Made by a program: the position numbers and the translations under genes
Part shown: positions 57,409 through 64,000 of the stretch, piece by piece
How positions within the stretch are numbered: the stretch's first letter is position 1
How the letters are laid out: the number at the start of each line of letters is the position of its first letter
Notes under the pieces: generated by a model
Told to the model about the DNA's origin: nothing
What the model saw: the letters and a program-made list of their open reading frames with translations, nothing else
Databases searched by the model: none
Source of the DNA: Candidatus Bipolaricaulota bacterium
GTDB taxonomy: Bacteria > Bipolaricaulota > Bipolaricaulia > UBA7950 > UBA9294
Direction of reading: 5' to 3'
Assembly (NCBI GenBank): GCA_030611415.1
Contig: JAUWPW010000001.1
Span: 18,107-82,106 of the forward strand
Length of the DNA stretch: 64,000 nt

Positions 57409-58389
57409 TTATTCATATAGCCAGCAAGCAGTGAAGTGTCCAGGGCTTAGTTCTTTTAGCGGCGGAATCTTCGTCTTGCAGATCTCTAGTGCTTGCGGAC
57501 AACGGGGCTCAAAACCACACCCTGGTGGAACTTCAAACGGGTCAGGGACAACGCCTTCAATGGGAACAAGGCGCACTTTTGCTGTAGCGAGTGAAGGTAT
57601 TGAGTTCATGAGCCCTTGCGTGTAGGGATGCTTAGGGTCATGATAGATGGCATGCACTTCTGAAGCCTCGACAATTCTACCCAAATACATGATAACAACA
57701 TCGTCAGCCATGCCAGCGATAACCCCTAGATCATGAGTGATGAACTGAATTGAAGCATTAAAATCCTTACGCAGGGTGTTCATCAACTCAAGAACTTGGG
57801 CCTGAATTGTTACATCCAAGGCTGTAGTTGGCTCGTCAGCTATCAGAAGCGAAGGATTACATGAAAGCGCCATAGCGATCATCGCTCGCTGGCGCATCCC
57901 GCCAGACAGTTGATGAGGATATTCATCGATCCGCTGTTCCGGAACTGGGATCCCAACAGCGTACAACATCTCAATTGCCTTCTTGCGCGCTGCCTTCTTT
58001 CTTAGGTGCTGGTGGAGAACGATTGCCTCCATAATCTGGTTCCCGATCGTATATACGGGGTTAAGAGAGGTCATCGGCTCCTGAAATATCATCGCAATCT
58101 CGTTTCCCCGAATCGACCGGTATTGCTTGCCCTTGGGATTAAGCTTTGTTAGGTCTGTAACTTTTCCATCGCGATGATATAGGATTTCTCCCTCTTCAAT
58201 CTTGCCGGGGGGTATTTGGATCAAGCCCATGACTGAGAGGGCAGTCACAGATTTTCCACAGCCGCTCTCCCCTACTACTCCAAGCGTTTTGTTCTGTTCG
58301 ATCGCAAAATCAACACCATCTACAGCCCGTACCACACCATCTTCGGTATAGAAATACGTCTTGAGATTCTTAACCTCGATCAATGGCAT
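57409..58389 (-). CDS. oppD: Oligopeptide/dipeptide ABC transporter ATP-binding protein (OppD-type)
   Basis: [13 protein letters not shown]...[19 protein letters not shown], and a C-terminal Opp extension. Confidence 0.8.
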   Translation of the reverse strand: MPLIEVKNLKTYFYTEDGVVRAVDGVDFAIEQNKTLGVVGESGCGKSVTALSVMGLIQIPPGKIEEGEILYHRDGKVTDLTKLNPKGKQYRSIRGNEIAMIFQEPMTSLNPVYTIGNQIMEAIVLHQHLRKKAARKKAIEMLYAVGIPVPEQRIDEYPHQLSGGMRQRAMIAMALSCNPSLLIADEPTTALDVTIQAQVLELMNTLRKDFNASIQFITHDLGVIAGMADDVVIMYLGRIVEASEVHAIYHDPKHPYTQGLMNSIPSLATAKVRLVPIEGVVPDPFEVPPGCGFEPRCPQALEICKTKIPPLKELSPGHFTACWLYE

Positions 58390-58415
58390 AGTTATCTCGC
58401 CCCCTCAAACGCCAT

Positions 58416-58640
58416 TTAGAAAATCGATAGAACTAATCCTAGAACCATGAACACTGCTGCCATTCCTGATGTAAGGGTTCGCTTCGGATCTCTGGCTTCG
58501 TCACGGCCAAATACTGTACCCGACATCCCTGATCCAAAGGCACCACCAAGCCCAGAATGCTCGCTCATTTGAAGTAGAATAACTCCCATAAGACCAAAAC
58601 AATCAATGAAAAAAACAATTTCTAGTACAAGATTTAACAT
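58416..58640 (-). CDS. secG: Preprotein translocase subunit SecG
   Basis: A 74-aa two-TM protein (MLNLVLEIVFFIDCFGLMGVILLQ...GLGGAFGSG) with the Gly-rich loop typical of SecG. Confidence 0.75.
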   Translation of the reverse strand: MLNLVLEIVFFIDCFGLMGVILLQMSEHSGLGGAFGSGMSGTVFGRDEARDPKRTLTSGMAAVFMVLGLVLSIF

Positions 58641-58668
58641 ATACCACCAATTCCTTTCCTGCTGACAT

Positions 58669-58697
58669 CTGACAAGACTAACGGATTATAGCATAAT
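58669..58697 (+). promoter_or_regulatory. Putative promoter of pyrG (cTGACAA-N16-CATAAT) with a ~100-nt leader
   Basis: Hexamers read directly. The leader contains hairpin ACACAA-N15-TTGTGT. Confidence 0.3.
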
Positions 58698-58800
58698 GTT
58701 CTCTCTTACACAAAACGATAGATATCCCTTGTGTTTGTGCTTGCACGAATTGAAGTGTTTCCGTATGCTGTATGGAGTCTGAAACAACAGCGGAGGGTAA

Positions 58801-60423
58801 ATGCGCAAGTTCATTTTTGTTACCGGAGGAGTTCTCTCCGGGCTCGGAAAAGGAGTAGTTGCCGCTTCTATTGGCCTTTTGTTCAAACTCAAGGGATATC
58901 GGGTCACTATGCAAAAGATCGACCCATATGTAAACGTTGATGCAGGCACAATCAATCCCTACGAGCACGGAGAAGTGTTTGTCACACACGACGGCAAGGA
59001 AACAGACCTCGACATCGGCCGCTACGAGCGATTCCTGGACGAAGAGCTGTCAGCGGTAAATTACATTACTACCGGACAGGTTTATTGGCGTGTCATCCAT
59101 AGGGAACGCGCGGGAGCTTTCCTCGGAAAAACCGTACAAGTAATCCCGCATATTACTGATGAGATCAAGCGTTTAATTCAACTACCCCTTGAACAAGAAC
59201 ACGCCCAGATTGGCGTGATTGAAGTAGGAGGAACGGTTGGTGATATTGAAAGCCTACCTTTTCTGGAAGCGCTGCGTCAAATGAAGGATGAACTCCCACG
59301 CGAGGAGACTTTCTTTATACACCTGACTCTTCTTCCGCACATTGCGGCCTCAGACGAGATTAAGACCAAACCAACTCAGCACAGCGTGAAGGAGCTACGC
59401 GCAATAGGAATCCAACCAAATGCAATTATAGCTCGTTGTGACAGACCAATTCCTGATCCAGTCAAGCGCAAGATTGCTCTGTTTTGTGATGTTCCTCAAG
59501 AAAACGTTATTGAAGACCAAGACGTATCATCGATATACGAGATCCCAATTGCTATGAAAGCGCAAGGTCTTGATCGTCAAGTCGCCAAAGGCCTTGCTCT
59601 TCCCCCGAGAAAAGCGGACATGAATCAGTGGGAGAAGAGGCTTAGGCGTATCCAAAACCCCTCTCAGCATGTACTGATCGGAATCGTAGGGAAGTACGTC
59701 CAACTAACTGATTCCTACATCAGCATCACCGAAGCACTTATCCATGCTGGAGCAGCTTTGGATATAGGTGTCAAGCTACGCTGGATATCAGCGGAAGAGC
59801 TCAATCGAGATGGAGCCAAAGTTCATCTGCAAGGGCTTGATGGTGTCTTGATTCCAGGGGGCTTTGGCGATCGAGGAATTGAGGGAAAAGTATTAGCAGT
59901 CAACTACGCACGCAAGAAACAGCTCCCTTTTTTCGGGATCTGTTTGGGACTACAGTGTGCCGTAATTGAGTACGCTAGAGCTTGTCTGGGCCTTGTTGAG
60001 GCAAATAGTACTGAATTCAACTCCAATACTCCATATCCGGTAATTGACCTTCTTGATGACCAAAGACAAGTCACAGACAAAGGCGGAACAATGCGCTTAG
60101 GGTCCTATAAGGCAATCCTTAAACAAGGAACTAGGAGCTACTCTTGTTACAAGAAAACAAGTATTTACGAGCGGCATCGTCACCGCTACGAATTCAATCC
60201 GATCTATCGCAACCTATTTGAGGAAGGAGGAATGCATATCGCCGCCACCTCACCTGACGATCGATTAGTAGAGATTATCGAGCTTGCGGACCACCCTTGG
60301 TTTGTTGGAGTGCAGTTTCATCCCGAGTTTCGATCTCACTTCCTCTCACCCCACCCACTATTCTCCGGCTTTGTAAAAGCATGTCTCGATCAAAGACCTT
60401 CCTCAGCACCTGCATCGTGCTGA
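58801..60423 (+). CDS. pyrG: CTP synthase
   Basis: MRKFIFVTGGVLSGLGKG N-terminus and a C-terminal GATase with GICLGLQ catalytic Cys, 540 aa. Confidence 0.95.
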   Translation: MRKFIFVTGGVLSGLGKGVVAASIGLLFKLKGYRVTMQKIDPYVNVDAGTINPYEHGEVFVTHDGKETDLDIGRYERFLDEELSAVNYITTGQVYWRVIHRERAGAFLGKTVQVIPHITDEIKRLIQLPLEQEHAQIGVIEVGGTVGDIESLPFLEALRQMKDELPREETFFIHLTLLPHIAASDEIKTKPTQHSVKELRAIGIQPNAIIARCDRPIPDPVKRKIALFCDVPQENVIEDQDVSSIYEIPIAMKAQGLDRQVAKGLALPPRKADMNQWEKRLRRIQNPSQHVLIGIVGKYVQLTDSYISITEALIHAGAALDIGVKLRWISAEELNRDGAKVHLQGLDGVLIPGGFGDRGIEGKVLAVNYARKKQLPFFGICLGLQCAVIEYARACLGLVEANSTEFNSNTPYPVIDLLDDQRQVTDKGGTMRLGSYKAILKQGTRSYSCYKKTSIYERHRHRYEFNPIYRNLFEEGGMHIAATSPDDRLVEIIELADHPWFVGVQFHPEFRSHFLSPHPLFSGFVKACLDQRPSSAPASC

Positions 60424-61178
60424 TACAAACGGCGAACAAAAACAAGCAGAGAAAATCCAATCACAAGAACAACGCTTATCACATGCGCGACGCGGATTGG
60501 GCCAAGCCACAAACTATCTCCACGCGTGAAACTAACGAGGAAACGAGCAAGTGAATAAAGAATAAAATACATCGCCGTAGAGAAACCATCACGGTAGCCC
60601 TTATTGCGTACTCGCCACAAAAGAATGAAGATAACCAAATCAAGGAGCATCTCGTAGACCATTGACGGATGAGTGGCCAGGCCCGGATAAGCCCTTCCCG
60701 CTGGAGAATGAGATGGAAAGCGAATTCCCCAAGGTAGATTCGTGGGAAGTCCATAAGCATCACCATTCATCAGATTGCCGATCCGGCCAATCGCTTGGCC
60801 AAGGATAAGGCTAGGGGAAAGCGCATCAGTAAGTGACCAAAACGGAACCGTTTTCACCCGGCTGAATAGATAGACAACAGCAATGCCAGCGATTACCCCG
60901 CCGTGAATGGCAAGCCCGCCCTGCCAAAGTTTGATCATGTCCACCGGGTGACAACTATAGTATCCCCAGCGGAACGCTACATAGTAAAACCGTGCGCCGA
61001 TGATCGCTAGTGGAATGAGCCACAAGAACAAACCCAACCTATCGTCCGTAGAAAGGCTAAGGCCCTTGCGCCGTGCTTCTCGTGTAAATAGGCAAAAACC
61101 AACCGTAATGGCAATTACATACATAAGACCATAATAGTGAACGGCTACGGAGCCCACGCGGATAAGGATTGGATGCAT
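60390..61178 (-). CDS. lgt: Prolipoprotein diacylglyceryl transferase
   Basis: N-terminus MHPILIRVGSVAVHYYGLMY and the Lgt signature region (SFPSGH-like) as IRFPSHSPAGRAYPGLATHP, 262 aa. Its 3' end overlaps the pyrG 3' end by 34 nt. Confidence 0.8.
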   Translation of the reverse strand: MHPILIRVGSVAVHYYGLMYVIAITVGFCLFTREARRKGLSLSTDDRLGLFLWLIPLAIIGARFYYVAFRWGYYSCHPVDMIKLWQGGLAIHGGVIAGIAVVYLFSRVKTVPFWSLTDALSPSLILGQAIGRIGNLMNGDAYGLPTNLPWGIRFPSHSPAGRAYPGLATHPSMVYEMLLDLVIFILLWRVRNKGYRDGFSTAMYFILYSLARFLVSFTRGDSLWLGPIRVAHVISVVLVIGFSLLVFVRRLYQHDAGAEEGL

Positions 61179-61232
61179 GATTTCCTCCCACCTGTCTATA
61201 TGACAAATAGTATATTGTTATATCAAGGGGTG

Positions 61233-62516
61233 TCACGTTTTCTGGCCCGAGATCACGCGTATCAGGGCATCTGCAACCGCTGGATCAAGTTCAACCCCTC
61301 GCATCTGCTTAACAATCTCAATTGCCTGTTGACGAGAGAAAGCCTTACGATAAGGCCTATCAGTGGAAAGGGCATTGTAGATATCAGCAGCAGCAATTAT
61401 CCGTGCCACAAAAGGAATAGCTTCTCCTCTTAATCCGTCGGGATACCCCTTTCCATTCCACCGTTCATGTTCATGTCGAACGGCATTTGCTACCGGTGCG
61501 TAGATTTCCAAGCCTTCAATCAATTCCGCGCTAACGGCTGGATGAAGCTTCATTATCTTCCATTCCTCTTCCGTTAACGGACCCGGTTTAAGTAAAATCG
61601 AGTCAGGAACAGCAATCTTTCCGATATCATGTACCCTGGCAGCAATATCGGTTCTTTCGATATCTCGCTGTGAAAGACCCATCTCTTGAGCAATTCTAGT
61701 CGCAAGCTCAGCCACCTCAGTTGAATGTATCGCAGTATAATGATCCCGCTCATCAAGCAGCCGAGAAATCTGCTCAAATGTCTTCCGTGTCTCGGTTTGA
61801 AGCCTTAGATAGCTACCAAAAGAAACATGAACCAGAACAACGGGAATTAGCCCCAACAGAACATGCCAGATCGAAATTGAATAAAGAACCGTAAGTAGCA
61901 AAGCCAGGCTACACAGCGTGAAGTATTGAACAAAGAACTCATGAAGGTTCGTCCACATAGGGTAGAGAAATTTCTTCTTCTCAATTATGCAAACAATGCC
62001 TATGACAGAAGAAGTGTTTAGGAGCAGATAGAAAAGAGACCCTGCGATCGCCCAAAGGTACTCAGACGGTTCCCCAAGCAAAAGGACCTGGTGGTTCGAA
62101 AAGCGGAGCGTTAAGCCGGCCACTGTCATTGCAACCGTTAATTGACTGGTATTGAACAATGTAGCAGCAATAAACTTGCCGTACCCTTGCCTGAGCTGAT
62201 CCCATCTTAAGAACACCTCTGAGAGAAGCGAGGAAACAAATACCAACAAGACGCCAAGTGAAGGGCCAAGCATGAATAGGGCGGCAAGACATATTGCCAT
62301 AGAGCCAGAGATCTCCCACTTATAGGGCGGGATCCACGTGGCGTAGATTTCTGACAATATGGCAAGGATGACAAAAACGCTAGCTATCGCCAGTTGATCG
62401 GCGGTAGGAGGAGAAACCGTATAAACGGCATAGACCAACGAGGCGAAGCAGAAAACGACCAGCAAACCAATAAACACCTTGGCTCGAAATGGTAGCTTCA
62501 TCTCTTCTCCTGGCAA
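61233..62516 (-). CDS. Membrane-anchored HD-GYP domain protein (putative c-di-GMP phosphodiesterase)
   Basis: N-terminal ~7 TM segments. C-terminal HD domain with HDIGK...HHERWNGKGYP (HD and GYP motifs). Confidence 0.8.
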   Translation of the reverse strand: MPGEEMKLPFRAKVFIGLLVVFCFASLVYAVYTVSPPTADQLAIASVFVILAILSEIYATWIPPYKWEISGSMAICLAALFMLGPSLGVLLVFVSSLLSEVFLRWDQLRQGYGKFIAATLFNTSQLTVAMTVAGLTLRFSNHQVLLLGEPSEYLWAIAGSLFYLLLNTSSVIGIVCIIEKKKFLYPMWTNLHEFFVQYFTLCSLALLLTVLYSISIWHVLLGLIPVVLVHVSFGSYLRLQTETRKTFEQISRLLDERDHYTAIHSTEVAELATRIAQEMGLSQRDIERTDIAARVHDIGKIAVPDSILLKPGPLTEEEWKIMKLHPAVSAELIEGLEIYAPVANAVRHEHERWNGKGYPDGLRGEAIPFVARIIAAADIYNALSTDRPYRKAFSRQQAIEIVKQMRGVELDPAVADALIRVISGQKT

Positions 62517-62589
62517 AAGAAAAAGCCCACCCGTGCCTCCCTATCTGCAGAAAGAAAGGTCCGGATGGACTAACTTCCTTGGGGAATCT

Positions 62590-62736
62590 CTACGGATGCC
62601 ATTTCATGTTTGCGCCAAGCAGGAGCCCAAACGCAACAATCGTAAGCAAATAGTAAACACCCTTGTTCCTAATCAGTTTTCCAAAGAACCTATTCAACCG
62701 TCGAGCAGCATATCCATTATATCCTTGCCATTTCAT
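62590..62736 (-). CDS. Small (48 aa) single-TM protein of unknown function
   Basis: MKWQGYNGYAARRLNRFFGKLIRNKGVYYLLTIVAFGLLLGANMKWHP. A perfect AAAGGAGG RBS sits 7 nt upstream of the ATG. The ORF-track extension to 62799 is unsupported. Confidence 0.45.
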   Translation of the reverse strand: MKWQGYNGYAARRLNRFFGKLIRNKGVYYLLTIVAFGLLLGANMKWHP

Positions 62737-62875
62737 AACTAGTCCTCCTTTAAGAAAGTTCATGCAACGATACATACGTTCCAACTCGTAACTATCCATT
62801 CCTGCACGGCAATCCAGAGTCTGTTCTCTCTATCACCTCCCTAAATCACCAGAAGCGGTTTCTCTCATTTGCGCA

Positions 62876-62934
62876 ACAAACAAAAACGACAACTACCATA
62901 TCTAGTCCACATTCATACATAAACTAGATCCTAG
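62876..62934 (-). terminator. Putative terminator hairpin downstream of the second HU gene
   Basis: AAACGACAaCTA-N35-TAGcTGTCGTTT (11/12 pairs) with inner palindrome CTAG-N18-CTAG. It is followed on the minus strand by TTTGTTTGTT. Confidence 0.35.
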
Positions 62935-62994
62935 CTGTCGTTTCTGCACAACCACACCATTTATTAGGCTATAAACCCACGAAGTTAGAGCGAG

Positions 62995-63318
62995 CTACAC
63001 CCTTCTTACTTTAAGCTCAGAGCCACTTCGCACGGCCCTCAATTTCCTAGCAACAATATCCTTCAGGTTTTTCCCAGGCTTGAAGGCTGGCACAACTTTT
63101 TCTGGAACAGTAATCCGCTGCTGAGTCTGGGGATTGATCCGCTTGGAGCGCTTTCGAGCCCTAACTTCAAACTTGCCGAACCCAGTCAGAAGAACCTCCT
63201 CGTTAGAACTCAAGGCACCCGAGATCAGATCAATCATCGCATCAAGGGCCTTGCGGGCGTCTTTCTTGGTCAAGCTAGTCTTGGTCGCCAGCCTGTCTAC
63301 AAACTCCCCTTTATTCAT
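62995..63318 (-). CDS. hup: HU family DNA-binding protein, second paralog with Arg/Lys-rich C-terminal tail
   Basis: MNKGEFVDRLATKTSLTKKDARKALDAMIDLI...LTGFGKFEVRARKRSKRINPQT. Start at 63318 with an AAAGGAGG RBS; the upstream ORF-track extension is discarded. The C-terminal tail is RKLRAVRSGSELKVRRV. Confidence 0.85.
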   Translation of the reverse strand: MNKGEFVDRLATKTSLTKKDARKALDAMIDLISGALSSNEEVLLTGFGKFEVRARKRSKRINPQTQQRITVPEKVVPAFKPGKNLKDIVARKLRAVRSGSELKVRRV

Positions 63319-63530
63319 CCTGCAACCTCCTTTCCCTAGAAATTTTCCACCATTATAGGTATCGAATAGCCCTTTGTCAAGAACGGAAGGGCATTCTCGC
63401 ATTACGACTATTGCAATCCTCCCATTGTATGACTGCAATTGTCCATACCACAATAGACTTTGAAGCAATTTGACTTCCAATACAATTCAGGATAAAGTTA
63501 GACCCTGAAAAGCAATAGTGAGGTGTAGGA

Positions 63531-63818
63531 GTGAACGAATACGAGATTGTTTATGTTATAAAGCCAGATCTCCCTAATGAAAAACAAGTAGTCAAGGTAG
63601 AACGGATTCATAGCCTGATCACAGAGAACGGGGGCGAAGTAAAGAACAACGAAGACTGGGGAAAGCGAATACTTGCATACGAGATTAAGCACTACTCAGA
63701 AGGGTTTTACGGGTTAACCACATTCCAACTACCGCCCCAATCGGTCAAGTCCCTCAAAGAACGCCTAAACATCGATGAGGAGATCCTTCGCTATCAGATC
63801 GTAGGGCAAGATAAATAA
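63531..63818 (+). CDS. rpsF: 30S ribosomal protein S6
   Basis: MNEYEIVYVIKPDL...YGLTTFQ is the S6 consensus. GTG start with a GAGGTG RBS. Confidence 0.9.
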   Translation: MNEYEIVYVIKPDLPNEKQVVKVERIHSLITENGGEVKNNEDWGKRILAYEIKHYSEGFYGLTTFQLPPQSVKSLKERLNIDEEILRYQIVGQDK

Positions 63819-63830
63819 AGGAACTTACAA

Positions 63831-64000
63831 ATGTCAGCCAGCCTCAACAAAGTAATCTTAATTGGTAACTTGACAGCAGATCCGGAACTCAAGTACACGG
63901 CCAGCGGAACGGCGCGTGCAAGATTTCGCATTGCGGTCAATCGTCAATACAAAGATAGTTCTGGGCAACTACAAGAAGACACAACGTTTGTTCCCATCAT
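63831..64000 (+). CDS. ssb: Single-stranded DNA-binding protein (5' partial, runs off the window)
   Basis: MSASLNKVILIGNLTADPELKYTASGTARARFRIAVNRQYKDSSGQLQEDTTF is the SSB OB-fold N-terminus, in the conserved rpsF-ssb order. Confidence 0.85.
   Translation, partial: MSASLNKVILIGNLTADPELKYTASGTARARFRIAVNRQYKDSSGQLQEDTTFVPI

Noticed and set aside
1-64000. Mobile element, prophage or defense island anywhere in the window
   Set aside because: No integrase, transposase, recombinase, phage structural, restriction-modification, toxin-antitoxin or cas-like ORF was found in any frame. Gene content is core metabolism and information processing throughout. The only non-genic oddities are the repeat families reported above.

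Overview
This 64-kb window reads as a core chromosomal segment of a bacterium with about 50% GC, not an accessory island. I found no integrase, transposase, CRISPR array, rRNA or obvious defense genes. Coding density is high and genes sit in tight, often translationally coupled operons with ATGA/GTGA overlaps.

Identifiable content:
- **Cell-envelope sugar module:** an NAD-dependent epimerase, wecB, a PHP/TrpH-like phosphoesterase, and a divergent WecA/MraY-family transferase.
- **tRNA cluster:** six tRNAs, Leu-TAG, Gly-GCC, Leu-TAA, initiator fMet, Met/Ile2-CAT and Ala-CGC.
- **Housekeeping genes:** holB-yaaT(PSP1), murA, rho, ruvB, ribF, tsaB, rpmB, secA, hrcA-grpE-dnaK-dnaJ preceded by a CIRCE element, secG-oppD-oppF-rdgB, pyrG, lgt, two HU genes, rpsF and ssb.
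- **Reductive-TCA-type gene set:** an Aquifex-type aconitase, an IclR regulator, NADP-isocitrate dehydrogenase, two-subunit ATP-citrate lyase (aclB-aclA), and a four-subunit 2-oxoglutarate:ferredoxin oxidoreductase in oorDABC order, followed by a NUDIX gene, with glutamate dehydrogenase on the opposite strand. This suggests an rTCA autotroph or mixotroph. I cannot place it in a phylum from sequence alone.
- **Hexose-phosphate locus:** pfkA, pgm/pmm, manC and a long-form glucose-1-phosphate nucleotidyltransferase.

The structure that genes do not explain is concentrated around pgm. An intact four-helix-bundle gene (23S-rRNA-IVS/Avd family) and a truncated second copy flank pgm. Each is preceded by an array of 9-bp tandem repeats. 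The arrays occur in inverted orientation on the two sides of the cassette. Next to them are a cluster of perfect hairpins and a heptamer tandem.

A second, separate repeat family of about 65-70 bp has four copies in the window. Every copy sits just 3' of a stop codon in the sense orientation, and each opens with a box carrying stop codons in all three frames. Other oddities are noted in the findings. All identifications are from motif and family recognition by eye; no database search was possible.
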